Part shown: piece by piece, positions 1 to 12,990 of the stretch
Position numbering within the stretch: the first letter of the stretch is position 1
Layout of the letters: each line of letters opens with the position of its first letter
Assembly (NCBI GenBank): GCA_002633005.1
Contig: NMRA01000491.1
Location: 292,462 to 325,995 of the forward strand
Origin: Phoronis australis
Taxonomy: Eukaryota > Animalia > Phoronida
Length of the DNA stretch: 33,534 bases
Reading direction: 5' to 3'
Position numbers and translations under genes: made by a program
The notes under the pieces: generated by a model
Database searches by the model: none
The model's input: the letters and a program-made list of their open reading frames with translations, nothing else
What the model was told of the DNA's origin: nothing

Positions 1-650
1 GAAATCATTCCAAACAATAATAATGCTTTGATGTACGAAAAGATCCCGATTGCTACGTCAAGTATCGTATCACATATCACAACATACAAAGATTAACCAC
101 ACTCTGGCTGGCGACTGACTGCCGCGAAGTCGACATCGGCGAGTGCCTCAGTTAACAGGCATCGGTAGAATAATCATGGAATAATCGTTAAAATAATCAC
201 GAACCTTACATTTGTATAAGGTCGTGCTTACTTCCTCTTATAGAATCACCCTTTTTACGCAATCTCAGATTCAGTTGGCTGGGCTGCAAGCCATTTCACC
301 ATGTATTTAAATCGAGGCTGTTAATCTATCACCACTAGTACACGCACGCTTTCTAGTTATTGTAGATTTTCCGAATAGCCCCATTTGGGTCACTTTATGT
401 AATTTAGGGAAGTTTTGACTGGTTCTGTTTAATCCATTTGACCACTCAAATTTGAGTTCAGTTTTAACCCTGGAAAGGTCTGCATGGTTCTTGAAAATGA
501 CTGAATTTACCTTTTTGGAAGAGTGCACTTGCAGGATTTTTCCAATTTAGAAATTGAAAAGGCATTAAATTAAAAAACTACATTTTCTCATACTTTTATC
601 AAAAAAAAAACAAATAAAAGTGTACGCAGATGTTTTTAGCAGTTTGACAT

Positions 651-810
651 CAATAGCAGATTTAGAGGGGGGCAAGAGGGCTACACCCCCCCCCCCTAAA
701 ATTCTCCCAGATTCCATTTGGCAGATCGGGAGTGCCAATGTCTGAATGACAAAATCCTGGCCAATACGCTGCTCTGGTCCCCCTAACACAAAATCCTGGA
801 TCCGCCCCTG
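651..810. mobile_element. Short MITE with hAT-type CAGGGGCGGATCC termini
   Basis: Right end ...AAAATCCTGGATCCGCCCCTG. The left end is degenerate (CAATAGCAGATTTAGAGGGGGG) and followed by G/C runs. No clean TSD seen. Confidence 0.6.
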
Positions 811-1470
811 GATATACATATCATTAAAATCGGTTCAGTAATGGCCATTTAGCAACTGAAAATTTATCCCCTTCTCAAGTGCTGCAGTACTTCGATTTTA
901 AAAAAAAAATATTCATGAATGCCCCCATTTGTTGAAACGGATATCAATATAAAGAAGAAAGTTTAAATATTTCGATGGCATATTTTTTATTTTCCACCAC
1001 TTTTCATCATGCTAATATATACACCCTGTATGAGCTTCTGAAAATCTGAAAAATGGCAAAATTTCGATCTTGCTGAATTTTGGATATATTGGTAAACCAT
1101 GGCTGATGTATTGTAAACATAATGACGAATGAGAAACTGCATTTAGGTCGATCAAAATTCATACAAAATCACAAAATTCAAACTAAATTTCATCGTAAAT
1201 GACTGAGAATTCAACTGGTGAAAAGAATTATCCATTTAGCTCAACCTTTTCATTGGGCCAAACTCCTCGATTCGTGTGTTGAACTGTGCCAGCAAGCGGG
1301 CCGATCAACAAGTTGTCAAGTTAATTCCGACACGTTTCCTACCAATAATCCGACTTGAATGGCTCGCATACGCGATTTAGTTTGCATTAAACACAACAAA
1401 TTAATTTCAAACTCAAAACTTTGCTTGACGTGTGTGAAATAAAAACGAAAGTTCACCTTCGTTACTATGC

Positions 1471-2100
1471 TTAGCCATGAGACCGGAAGTTTTGAATCCT
1501 GCTCACGTACTTTTGCGTTAGGCCGCGAGACTTCACGGAGTCGCGAATCTCTTTACTAATATCTATGGTGCCACAGTTGATGACAGCTCCGGCGAATATG
1601 TCTATTGTAGCGTTTTTGCAGGTACGCTGTCGAATTTTTACGGATTCTTGTAGCGTGGATAGGTTCATGTGTTGCTGGAGCGGTCGTCGTTGCTGCTTGT
1701 GTAATACTGTCGCCGATAGTATCGGGTGCTGTCATGGCCAGTGACAACAATGCTTGATATTAGCGAGGAATCGGTGCCTGATTTGCAGACGATACATCTT
1801 AGCAATTGAAAACTGAGACAGAACTGTCGTATAATTAACAGACCTTTTCCAGATGTTACGATTGAGACCTGGTTGCATGTTGAGTGGTATTTACACTGCT
1901 ACAATTGTATTACTTTAAGCTATTTTCCTTAAGTTTGATGATCTAACCGGCTAACGAGGTGGAGTCGACATTGACCTACCTTTTGAACCTTCAATGTCAG
2001 AGGTCACAGTTGAAGTAGTGCGGGAGGTGAATACGGAAAACATTATTACATGGCCGTATTTCCCTCGACAGATTTAAAGCGTATGGGATAAATAATAATT
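1471..2100 (-). mobile_element. Possible Crypton-like (tyrosine recombinase) relic
   Basis: Frameshifted minus-strand pieces GTDSSLISSIVVTGHDS and a C-terminal IFAGAVINCGTIDI resemble the TGHxS box and C-tail of DUF3504/Crypton proteins. Weak and by eye only. Confidence 0.25.
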
Positions 2101-2879
2101 TTGGTGCATTCTTTATACAGTGCTAAGATTGCGAAATAGTCATAGAAAATACGCTTACGCGAGGTTTAATATAGCGTACATTAAACCGAAAACCAATATT
2201 GATAAGTAACTAAGATGGGCGACAAAACATCCACTATAATAATAGCACTACAGATCGATTCGCTGGTGAACGACAAAAGGCCGAGTAATCAAAGGATTGA
2301 TACGTTTAAAACAATGGCTGCACTTGATAACAAACATATGATTTGGAATTACTGTATAGTGGGTACAACAGAATGTGGAATTTTTCAAAAAATCGAAATC
2401 TTTTAAACTGCGTTCATGTAGCTTTATTATTCAACTATCCCTAAAACAAGTGAATGTCAATTATCTCATCAATCAACATGAAATAACGTATTATTATCAT
2501 TAAAACCTCGTCTTGGATTTATTTTCCGGATGGCCGAATCATACAGACTGAAACGCAGAAGTTGTAGGCAATACGTACATGTAACCTCTCGGCTGGCTAA
2601 GCCTGTGGCATTATAGAGTGATGTAACTGCCTGCACAGAAAGAAGTAGGTGTACCAAATAGACGTGATTTGATTGTCACTTTTGAAGTTGTTGTAATTTT
2701 CTTGCAGTTGGTCTATTTTCATTTAAAGTTTTTGGTATCGTTTAAATACGAACGCAGACACATGGTATCAATTCATGTGAAAACGGCAAACTTGAATTTA
2801 GACTTTGAAAGTCAAAATTCTATCATACGCCCATGGCACCAGAAAGTAATGATAGATACATAGATAAATAAATACTTTT

Positions 2880-2923
<44 letters not shown>
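2880..2923. repeat. (ATAG)11 microsatellite, possibly the 3' tail of a minus-strand retroposon
   Basis: Perfect tetranucleotide run. On the minus strand it is directly preceded by AATAAA (+ strand TTTATT at 2924-2929). Confidence 0.9.
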
Positions 2924-3889
2924 TTTATTTAGCCATTTATAATACAAATAGTCACGCGTCTACACAAGTCGTTCCTACTTTCTAAGTGAAACTGAAAGCG
3001 ACAAGAGTGGGACTTGACGTAGTCGAGTGTAACCAACTAAACTATGGTTTTACCTAGACTATATGTATAATAGTCATTGCTTACAAGGCAAGGAACCGCT
3101 TGGATATAAGTCACCTATATGTACACATGCAGCTAGTCAAAAATGAACAAAGTATTCGTGTCAACAATTTATTTCACTACATGAGCGAAACATCAAAAAA
3201 TTGTTATATAGCCATGTAAATTATGTACATGCACATCGACAAATATCTAGAGATTATGTTATAAACTATCGATGCAGTAAGGGGAGAAACTAAAATAAGG
3301 TACAGATTAAGAATGATGTAACTTAAACTTTAACATGGTCGGCTCAAGAAAATAATGAATACGTTATGCATCATATTATACTATAAGAAAAACCACATTA
3401 CAAAGTAAAAAGGAACCAAAAATAAAAAATAATTATGGCTAGGCAGGCAAAACTATGTAATTGTATGATTGAAAACCATTACACAGCGTAGGGAAACGAG
3501 AATCAGAGGTGATAGGTAAGACACCTATCTCTAGTACTTTTAAAATTTTAAAACTTTAGCGACGCTAAGATGAACAGATACTGCAGTTTGATATTGAGCA
3601 TTTTTCGTAATAATTTTGTGACAGATGAATGTTTGTGGCTGAGGAGAAGGCGTGAATGGCGTGAGTAAAATATATTTTCAATTACGTTTTGTGGAATCAG
3701 ATGCCTTCTGAGCCTAGTAACAACAAGGGATTATGGACGTACTTTCAAAAATTTTGGAAGAGTTTGTGAACAAAATTCAGGAAAATTCATGAAGTAATGT
3801 CCAAAAACCTAGGAAAATGAACAACTAAACTACGAAGTGCCACAGCTTCGCGAGAAATGTAACCAAGGTGAAAAAATGCTAGCTTAAAG

Positions 3890-4832
3890 ATGAAAGCAGA
3901 TGATCTAGAACACTATACCCGTCGGCCGGGAACTGTTTACTTTCTGGTTACTGGTGTCAAGAAACGGATAACAACAATACAGACAAACATTTAATGGACA
4001 ATACTGTTCGCAAACTTTACCTAAATAACGTCATCACGGAAAAAGATCTTCACCGCACTCATCGACTTGGAGACAGAATTGTTGTTAAATTTACTACCAA
4101 CAATATGCGTCAAGCATTTTCTAATAAGAGATAAGAAATTGGCCGCAGCACTTTTGTCAAGGAACACCTCACAAAAAACAAAGTGAACTACTTTTACAAT
4201 GTTCGACAGCTGAAACAAAACGGAAAGACTCAAGCTACCTAGCCTACTGATGGTTCAGTGAAGATGCGAGTCAATGACAAAACGCATACAGTGATTTGGA
4301 GTCGTGAATGAACTTATAACCCCTTCAGAATAATTTAATTAACAAATAGCAACTCATAGTGCATCAGCATTTACACTCTCTTGCGTAAGCAATGTATCAA
4401 TAACTGACTGGCTCGCACTGTTGTGTGCCTATTAACGTAAACACCTAATTTAATCACTGGGTGATCCAACCAATTATGATTGGTTTTAAGTTTCCCATTT
4501 CATGACTACAGTAGGTTTTCAATATTAGTTCGTTTTGATAATATGTATAGAATTTATATTATCGTTAGTTTTAAAAGTAGACCGCAAGCATTCATTTTTC
4601 AATTTGGCATGGCATTGTTGAAGAGCAGTGCAGTTGTGACATTTTGTCCACCATGAATGATCCCATTAACATGATAGGTGACATGTCTTTAGATTCCAAT
4701 GAGGTGTTAAACACCTATGGTGGAAACGAAAACTACAACACAATTGACAAACTGGGACTGAATGATGAAGAAAGTTTCATCAACGTACGCAATTCACCAT
4801 ACGGTGACACTGGAGCTTTCAAAAATTATTAA
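3890..4832 (+). mobile_element. Decayed non-LTR retrotransposon (CR1/L2-group-like): ORF1 C-terminal half and start of ORF2
   Basis: Frameshifted motifs DDLEHYTRR-NCLL, DLHRTHRLG-RIVVKF, FVKEHLT and RQLKQNGK..T*PTDG are typical of L1-type ORF1 RRM/CTD domains. 4644-4832 (…RNSPY…) resembles the leader before an APE domain and is cut off by the BEL fragment. Confidence 0.65.
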
Positions 4833-4859
4833 CTTTTGCATGGGCTGATCCTCTTGATA

Positions 4860-6334
4860 TGGTGGCAACAGCGATCTTCAATAAGATTGGTCCTGACTTG
4901 GGTGTCAGCTTCACATGTCACATGTATCTTGGGGGGTTGGACTCGTAGGCGTCTCGGCAGAGGATTTCGCTAGTTGAATCAACGGAGACTTCGGCGACGA
5001 TGGTTGATTCATGGTGGCATTGCACAACGAGGTGTGGTGTTTCTGTCCACAGTTGCGACAGGAAAACTTGGATGGGCAATCTCGTTTCAGGTGTCGCTCA
5101 GATAAACAGTTAAAGCACAATCGAGCTTGTTTCACGATGTCCTGTCGTTTTTGACATCGGTCACAGATGTACACTGATTAGCAATGTGGCCTTGGCTACA
5201 AAAAATACATCTGGGACAGCGCTGAGGCGGCTGTCTATGTTGTGGGTTCTGGTGGGTGTTGCTCCACGGATTGGGATACTTCGGTGGAGTGTACCTCGAC
5301 TGAGGGGAGCGTCTATTGCCACTTGGAGGTGAACCATAAGTTGGCCTTGGGCGATTCCCCAGTATAAAAGGTAGGAGTTGTACAAAAATCTGTACTTACA
5401 TCAGTAGTTTTAAAATTTCCAGTTTGGTTGGCCTTGATCTCCTTGTCAAGGGCATTCATCAGTTGTTGGACGGACCATTTTTCTCCGACATGGTCACGAT
5501 TTAATTGAATGGGCACATCCTTTGGTATCTTTTGGCGTATGATGGCCACAAGCACCATGGTCTTGGGCGGCGACTTGTCCTAGGGTCTCTAAACCACGTA
5601 GGCACGTGTTAACACTGTCGTGGAATTGACGTAAGCTGGCCACATCAGATGAGGGGGCAGGGATGTTCAGCAATGCTGTAGTGTAATGAGTTACTAGATC
5701 TTCAGTGTTACCATACCTGTCATTCAGTTGCTTCAAGGCGGCTTCATAGGAATCGTTTGATAGTGGCAGACCTTCTATGACTTTGGCGGCGTCAACAGAG
5801 TTGAGTGCGTAAATATCGAAGTTTCTGGATCGGGGCAAGGGTGGCATCTTTATGAATAACAGCTTCAAATGAGTGGTAGAATTCCAATCATTTCAGTTGG
5901 TCTCCAGAGAATACAGGTAGATTCAGTTTTGGGAGGTTGATCGTCGTCTTATGCGGGGCTTTGATCGGTGTTGTCGTTGTTGTCGAAATATTTGACTTAC
6001 TTCTAGGTGCGCTTTGACATGTATTCGTCTTGCGGTGGAATCTCATGTCCCGAAGCTGATTTTCCACTTCATCCAGGTAAGACTGCATGTCTTCTGTATA
6101 ATTATCTAGTTGGTCTGGGTCGACGTATTGGGCGTAGTTAGTGAACAGTTTGGTTACTGTTTTGATCTTTCCATCTAGATCATCGATGTATTTCGCGAGT
6201 TGCAGTGTTGCGTCCGGTGTGCCTTCGTCTTGTTCCATGAGGTTATGAGAGGCCTTCACAATCTGTGTGATTTGCCCTTTGATGGCTCTCCTTCTGAAGA
6301 AGTTCATTCCGGCATCTTGGCAGTTGACATCCAT
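4860..6334 (-). pseudogene. BEL/Pao LTR-retrotransposon gag (DUF1759-like region plus three zinc knuckles), disrupted by stops and frameshifts
   Basis: LPKLNLPVFSGD, QKLRYL, IEGLPLSNDSYEAALKQLNDRYGN, CIFCSQGH, CFNCLSERHLKRDC and CRNCGQKHHTSLC. It ends at the LLKIAVA start of the protease region. Confidence 0.9.
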
Positions 6335-6353
6335 CTTGGGTCACTCGGCACCA
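6335..6353 (-). promoter_or_regulatory. Primer-binding site of the BEL/Pao element (tRNA-His-like)
   Basis: The minus strand reads TGGTGCCGAGTGACCCAAG-ATG. TGG pairs with the tRNA CCA end, and TGGTGCCG..TGAC resembles the complement of the tRNA-His 3' end. Confidence 0.6.
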
Positions 6354-6357
6354 GCAA

Positions 6358-6923
6358 TGATGGAGATGTTAGCAATGTGGAGGCACGGATTCCTCTCGAG
6401 TGGGGATGGTTGTGGTAGTATAGTTGTGATTACCCGGTTCTTGGTTGAACGGTAGATAGTTGGCTAACAAGGTAGCAACAGCAAGTCGATGGAGAGCAGC
6501 ATAAAAACTAACACAGTGGTTGAGTTTCTAATGAAACACAAAATTTATTAACTCTAGCTACAATAAATATAGTGAATAGAAATATGTGGGGGTTGTGAGT
6601 GCAAAACAACAACAATATTGATAGTTCCGGTGATTTCATCCAACTCATAAACATGAATTGAGTCTGGGCAGCGGTTTGGCAAATAGGGTTTCACTATGAG
6701 TGGGCACTGGTCAGTGGCATAGTAAACAACAACACAAGATGTCCGAAATTGTTATATAACATAAACTGCTTTGTTGGGATAGTTGTACGTCTTAGGAAAT
6801 GATGAAATTTGCACTTAATTAACTTCATGAGAATTCATGACACTTTAGTAAACATGGTGGCTCGCGATTTCTGGTTCAGGCAGTAGGCCTATCGCGTTGA
6901 ATCAATGTAAATGTTACTGAACA
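6358..6923 (-). mobile_element. Putative 5' LTR of the BEL/Pao element (boundaries approximate)
   Basis: Lies directly upstream of the PBS. The minus strand begins TGTTCAG and ends CA, and contains TATATAA (about 6752-6758) and AATAAA (6544-6549). No second LTR is present to confirm it. Confidence 0.4.
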
Positions 6924-7309
6924 ACTGCTGTGATTGCCGACTCAGATCAATATCCGAACCGGGAATCTAACCTGGACCAGCACGATGGTACTTGCTTAAA
7001 CAGTGAGTTAAAAGGGGTTTGAATTGAAGATAAATTGCATGGTGATTTTCGACACATCACTATGACTGTGCCGTGGCCGTTTGGAGTTCGACTTCAGAGT
7101 TCAGTCTCATCACACCTAACTTCTTTGGAAACAAGTCGGTTTTGAGAATGACGCTATCAATATGTTGTAGTTCCCTAGTTATACATCACGGAATCCGGCT
7201 GTTAGTGTTAGCCAGATGGAACTCACCAGTGACAGCAAATGTCTAGACTTGACCAGGCGAATACATGTGTTGTTGGTCACTTTATACTAGGGAAAAATGG
7301 GAAAAAACA

Positions 7310-10300
7310 ACAGCACAAGGACATGGTCAACAAAATTGGGCGTCGAAGTAGGCATGTTTGAATGCACTTTACTAGCATGTGTGGTAAGATCAAAACAAAT
7401 GAATAATACGAATTGAAAGCGCAGTGGCTGAATAATTTAATGGCATAGCTTTCAAAATCCATTTTTAAATTTGTACGTTTTGAATTTGTGAGGCAAAAAC
7501 GGCTATTTTTCAGGTTTTCAATGAAGCCATTTTTGGCCAAATTTGGCACTCTGTAGCAGCCATAACGCACCTATCCTGAAATTGACGTTATAATAATTTG
7601 TTTAGACATTCCTAACCTGTTCATAATCTCAAATAAAAAATCTTGCCTCTAATGTAGTTTTTGCGTACGAAGCATTACACGAACTGCACTTCGTCCTTTT
7701 GCAGGTTCTCAGTTGCCTCTGCTGCCAATAGGTGGCTCTTGGAACATATAATTAGCTTGCGAAACACGACATAAAATCCTTGTATTTTGGAGAAAACCGG
7801 CAGACAGCATTAATAATTACCATTCTCTGAAAACGGCATTGATTATTATTGCTTATTACAAAAAATATGTAACGTAAATAAACTGGCATGCGTGGTTCTA
7901 AATGATAGATGGCGCTGCTTTTGTTTACGTAGAGACTGAAGACGCATCTAGAATAAGAGCAGTAACACGACGACCTTGCTATAATTCAAGACTTCGCGAG
8001 ATATTGCCCTGCATTTTAAATGAGAACACGTGGTTTTGGATAAATTTTAGAGAGGTTCTAGTGTTACTGAACTCACCCCTGCCTTGTTATCTATCTGCCT
8101 TGTTCGTGCCACATGCAAAGGAAGGCACCCAAGGTGGATATGGCCCCGTAGTGTTCAGTGCAAAAATCCTTCAACTTGTCAATAGTCATTCTAACTTTGG
8201 GCTCATATTGCAACGTCTCAGCTGGTTGCTACAAATTTTAGTCGCCACCAGTCGCCAGAAATCTGGTGTTCCCCCCACACACCGGACACCCTAACGCTGA
8301 ATATTTCTGTCAGTGTGATCATCAGTGGTATAAAAACGTACACATTCACAGTCAATAGAAAATAATTCACGAGAGACAATTTTATTAATGACTCATTCAT
8401 GACAGACATGAAGTAAACAGAAGTAACGGTCTCGACTTCATATATCACAAATCTTTGACTGGTATGCTACAAAACTAGGCCAAACGTTGAGCTCATTTAC
8501 CACATCATTCAGTGAATCTGACGATATAACAGCATCTTCAGCAGAAATTGCATCGTCATAAACATTGCTGCAGACAACCTCGAAAAAATCCACCAATCTG
8601 TGATTCACTTAATATCACAGGTAAACACTTTACCTCACAGGTAAACACTTTACCTGTGGGTTCTTGTAATGTTTTCTCCATTTTGGCACTTCCGAGGGTG
8701 AACGTTTTTACCTGACTTATCTCCTTCATCGAATATGTTCGTCACAAAGTTCTTAACCTTTGCTGAAAATCTTGTTGACCTTTTACCTTTTTTCAATGCC
8801 TAACCTATTGCTTCAGCATTCGTCTCATCCAAATAGTACTCTGAGGCTGCTTCAAATGGCGCTCCGGTTCTTGCATCTGAAAGCATTTCTGACCACTGTT
8901 GTGCGATGTGGTCATACGTGGTTTCCCTCTGTAAATGTTCAGTGTGGTTACCCACATCCAAATGCTGACCTAGTTTTGCGTCGAGTAAACTTGCTGGGTA
9001 CAAGGGAACTTTTGTTGAGGCTCTTCACAAGATACAATGCCAACCTTTACTCTTGGTGTTGAAAATCCGCCATGTCTAGAGATGTAGTGTATTTTAGAGA
9101 AATAGGTTTCCCATTTTGTCAGTATTTGTAAGAACTTACCGTCACCTACATGGAATGATTTCTACACGCGAATTCCTTGGGTGGAATAGTGGGAAATTGG
9201 GAATGTGCTTATACCAGGAACTGAGTATTTTGGAAAAGACTTTGTTGCATTGACTGAACATGCATACACATAACATCCCTTCACACGGCCACTGGAAAGT
9301 AATGCTTCTTTCAAATCCAGAACGTTTATGATATCGTTACCTTCGGCTACAAAGTACTTTACATGTTGTTTGAGTGGAGCGATCTTGCCATCACAGAGAT
9401 CCTTTCCATTCTGACTTTCACTAAAGTCATATCTCGAAACAGAAATGCCGGTTGAATTTGACAAGGCTGCTACGTTCAGGAGGAGAGGAGCAGAATGGTA
9501 ACGTCCAGCATTACCTGACTCTTCCATGATTGGTCCTGTTCAGTCAGAAATTCACCGACTCTGGGTAGTACGAGTGTGTACTCTGGCACAGGCCTTGCTT
9601 TGTGAGGTAGTTTCCTGTATCTCAAATGCTCAGTGGTGTCTTTGACATAACTTACTAAAGCACAAAGCTTTTGCGATCGGATTTTGTGCAGAATAAACTC
9701 TCAAGGAACATGAAGGTCCATCGACATCGTCCGCCATTTTGTCTTTTTAAAAGGCACTTGCTTCTCTCAAAACCAGTCATTACAAATATCAATTCCTTCT
9801 CGTTTAATCTTAAAGGCATTTATTTCCATTTAAAATTTCTACAGAGTGTTTAAAGTAACCTGATAATGTAAAAGAAATGAAAGAGTACAAGAGGGTTACA
9901 CGTACATTTTTCATATATCCTCAAGCTTAACCTCAACTGACTCCCTCAGTGGGCAAAAGTCATCGGGTTCAGGTTTGATACTAGCCACGTAATAAACCTG
10001 GAAAACATCTTGTTTTCATTTGAAAGAGTTTAGACTTGGTTTCTATAACTATTTAAAGCAGACTTCTTGCCTAAAGTTTGTTCAAATGGTCTGTAAACTC
10101 TGCTCGTCATTTCCAAACTATGAAAATAGACAGTTTTCCAAGACAATTTTCACTAAGGTGCAAAGTTGAGGCAAGATTTTTTATTGCTCAGTCATCAAGA
10201 ATAACTCTTTAACTGTATGTTCAAAACGTCACATAAGGCTACAAGGTGTTTTATGACAGTAAGAAGGTCACAAAAATGGCCACTAAAATTAGCCCCAAAA

Positions 10301-10659
10301 AGTGGTCTGTGGGTTATCTCCCCTGTCTAGCACAAAATTGTCAGATTTTAATAAATTGCACAGAATTATGTACAGTATACGTTGGTTATTTCAGCCACCA
10401 AATTATAGCTTTTGATTTATTTTGTATGTTACTCATTTTGTTGCTGAAAACATGAGATTTTTGAGACGGCTAATATGCCCAATTGTGCCAATTTGTGTTA
10501 TCATGCTCCAGCGGCGAAATTAAGGGTCATTGAGTGCACAAAATTTGGCATTTGGGCTTATGTTAGGATACCTACCCATGTACAAAAAATGAAGTTGTTT
10601 TAAATTTTGACGTATAGACTGATTTTTGAAAATCTACTGGTTTTTATATGGACTGTCTC
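7310..10659 (-). mobile_element. Sola3-like DNA transposon, internally deleted and decayed, with long imperfect TIRs
   Basis: Transposase piece 9162-9527 (SGNAGRYH...YDFSESQNGKDLCDGKIA.LK.HV.YFVAEGNDI), with further frameshifted pieces at 8560-9060. Exact 18-nt inverted match 7632-7649/10168-10185 and 9-nt match 7424-7432/10390-10398 at concordant spacing. Terminus ...GGACTGTCTC followed by TTAA (10660-10663), as known for Sola3. The left terminus was not found. Confidence 0.7.
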
Positions 10660-10964
10660 TTAAATTGCGTGGTTGTATACATGTACTTGAATGTTATTTT
10701 AGTAAGCGGTCTCAACGCAGAAGAACATCTTCAGAATATACGAAACTTACTCCTACCAGCGTTTGCAAGACAATGGAATAAAATGTCGCTTGGAAAAATG
10801 CTCATTTGGTCAGCAAACTGTAGAATATTTAGGTCACATGCTTTCACGTGATGGCATTAAAAAGGTAACAAAGTTGATGCTGTTTTGAAAATGCCAGCCC
10901 CATCAGATGTTTCCCATCTACGTTCGTTCCAATTTTACAGAAATTCATTCCGAACTGATCTACC
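10660..10964 (+). mobile_element. Gypsy/Ty3 reverse transcriptase C-terminal fragment (decayed)
   Basis: LNCVVVYMYLNVILVSG (degenerate YLDDIL), EEHLQN, RLQDNGIKCRLEKCSFGQQTVEYLGH and KVDAVLKMPAPSDVSHLRSF, read across frameshifts. Confidence 0.85.
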
Positions 10965-10967
10965 TTG

Positions 10968-12086
10968 ATTATTTTATTTATTTATTTATTATAGTGACAT
11001 AAGGGTACCAGTAAATACAATCAAAGACAAATTATTCACCACACCCCCCCAGCCTCAATGGGCTTACTCAGTCACCTAATAATATTTAAACCATTACATA
11101 ACAAATTGCACAAGCTCAAATATGACCACTTCAGACTAGTTTATAAACAAACAATTACTTCTAACCTGCAAAGCGTCTTGAATGAATTTCGCTAGACCTT
11201 TCAAGTTATTTTGGAATATTTGAGGTAGGGCAGAACGCCGTAAAAAATATGGTCGAATGTGAGTATATTTTTCACAATCAAAAATGAAATGAACTTCATC
11301 TTCAATTCCTTTTTTACAAACACGACAAATCCGTTCATTCACAGGAATTCCGAAGTACCGCCCCACCTCAACCTCTAATGGTAGAATACCTGCTCTCAAT
11401 CGAGCTATGACGGACCTCTGAGACACCGGCAGACGTAAATACTCTTCTACACAATAGTCATTCTTAATAGATCTATATAAGTACAGTTTTGGTTTCTCAG
11501 TGATTATTTTTAACCAATTTAACTCTTCTAACTGGAACCTGAATGTTCTGAAGTTTTCGAGAGACACAACTTGTTTGTTCCTGAAATTTTCTAAAAAGTC
11601 GCACTTCTCCATAATTTTAAATATTGAACTTGACCAGTTGCAGTTCCGATGTTTAAGGTCCCATAAAAAGACTTTTTTTGCAATTCTGCTTTCATCCATT
11701 AGAACTAAACGATTCCAGAGCCGTAGCATATTTTCCTGTTGTTTGTAGTGTGAATTTGGCCAACCCGAGTCGCCATAAAGTACTGCATTGGCAGCATACT
11801 TGTGGACCCCTAAAAATATACGTAGAGCTCTCGTTCTGATCATTTCACATTTGGAGTATTGAGAGTATCCCCAAATTCCAGATCCATATTCTAGAATTGA
11901 AGCTACGGACATTTCAAAACATTTACTGTAACTGTTGAAACCCATGTTACCAATATGTTTGTACTTGCTCACCAGAGCTCCCAACGCTCTGGACGCGGAG
12001 TCCGCCAGTATCTCAGCTGTCAAACTAAAATCCATAAACTCATTCAGAGTTACACCCAAATACTTATAACATTCTTTTAAATTCAC
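10968..12086 (-). mobile_element. 5'-truncated LINE (RTEX-like): open 316-codon ORF2 C-terminus, 3' UTR and (TAAA)n tail
   Basis: ORF 11136..12086 carries YKYLGV (end of RT), LGVHKYAANAVLYGDSGW, RLRAGILPLEVEVGRY and the CCHC finger CRVC-EDEVHFIFDC. A-rich tail at 10968-10990. The clade call is by motif recall. Confidence 0.85.
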
Positions 12087-12990
12087 AATGCGATTGTACC
12101 CATGTATACAGCCATCATGTTCACTGTCAACAAAAACAAAAACGGAATTGCTTGCAATTGAAAGAGACTTTGAGCATTTTGGTTATCATAGCACAATAGT
12201 AACTGATAATGCAGCAACATTTCACTTTGAAGAATTACAGGCTTGGTGCCAAGAACGTGGTATTGTAAACCTTACAGGTGCCCCCTACCATCCAGCTACA
12301 AATGGAGCTGCAGAGCGTTAGGTACAGACTTTCAAGCAATCTTTGCGGAAATCTGCTTTGTCGCCAAAAGCAGCGTTACAAGAGTTTTTATTGTGATATC
12401 GTCGTACACCTCTAGATTCTGGTTATTCTCCAAGCGAATTATTTAATGGAATACTATTTCGTTGTAACTTAGACAGCTTACGTCCTTTACCTGCTCATGT
12501 AGCGCAAGGGAAGCAGTCAAGAAATGCTGCGAAACCCCAAAATTGCAGAGTCCTATCAAACGGCGTCAAAGATTCATATGTATACCATTGGAATGCCATG
12601 TTATGCCTTGTGCTATGGGTCTTGTCAAAGTAGGGACCTCGCTGGGTACCTGCTGTTGCGACCCGAGTTATGGGTCCACGTTCTGTCAAAGTGAAAGTCA
12701 TGCCAAGTGGTCCAATCTGGCATCGTCATACGATCAGTTGAGACCAAGGTATTGTTCTGAAGAAGATACAGATCCTGGAGATACCACATTTTTGGAGAAT
12801 CTGATACAAATGACAGACAAGCAAGGAATGAAGAGAATTCAACTAAGGCAACAGAGATGCAAACGAGAAAATCGGAAAAGAAGAAGCGCCCAAACCCACG
12901 ACTTCCAACAGAAAATGAATATGGGCCACAAACTTGAGAAGGTACGAGAGACTTAAAATAGACAAGCTTTCGCGCAATAAGGTGGGGAGG
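12087..12990 (+). mobile_element. Gypsy integrase core and C-terminal region (decayed), with polypurine tract
   Basis: HFGYHSTIVTDNAATF, GAPYHPATNGAAER*VQTFK, YRRTPLDSGYSPSEL and GPRWVPA. PPT AAGGTGGGGAGG at 12979-12990. Confidence 0.88.

Noticed and set aside
7902-8294. 130-aa + strand ORF inside the Sola3-like element
   Set aside because: No recognisable domain; likely a chance ORF.
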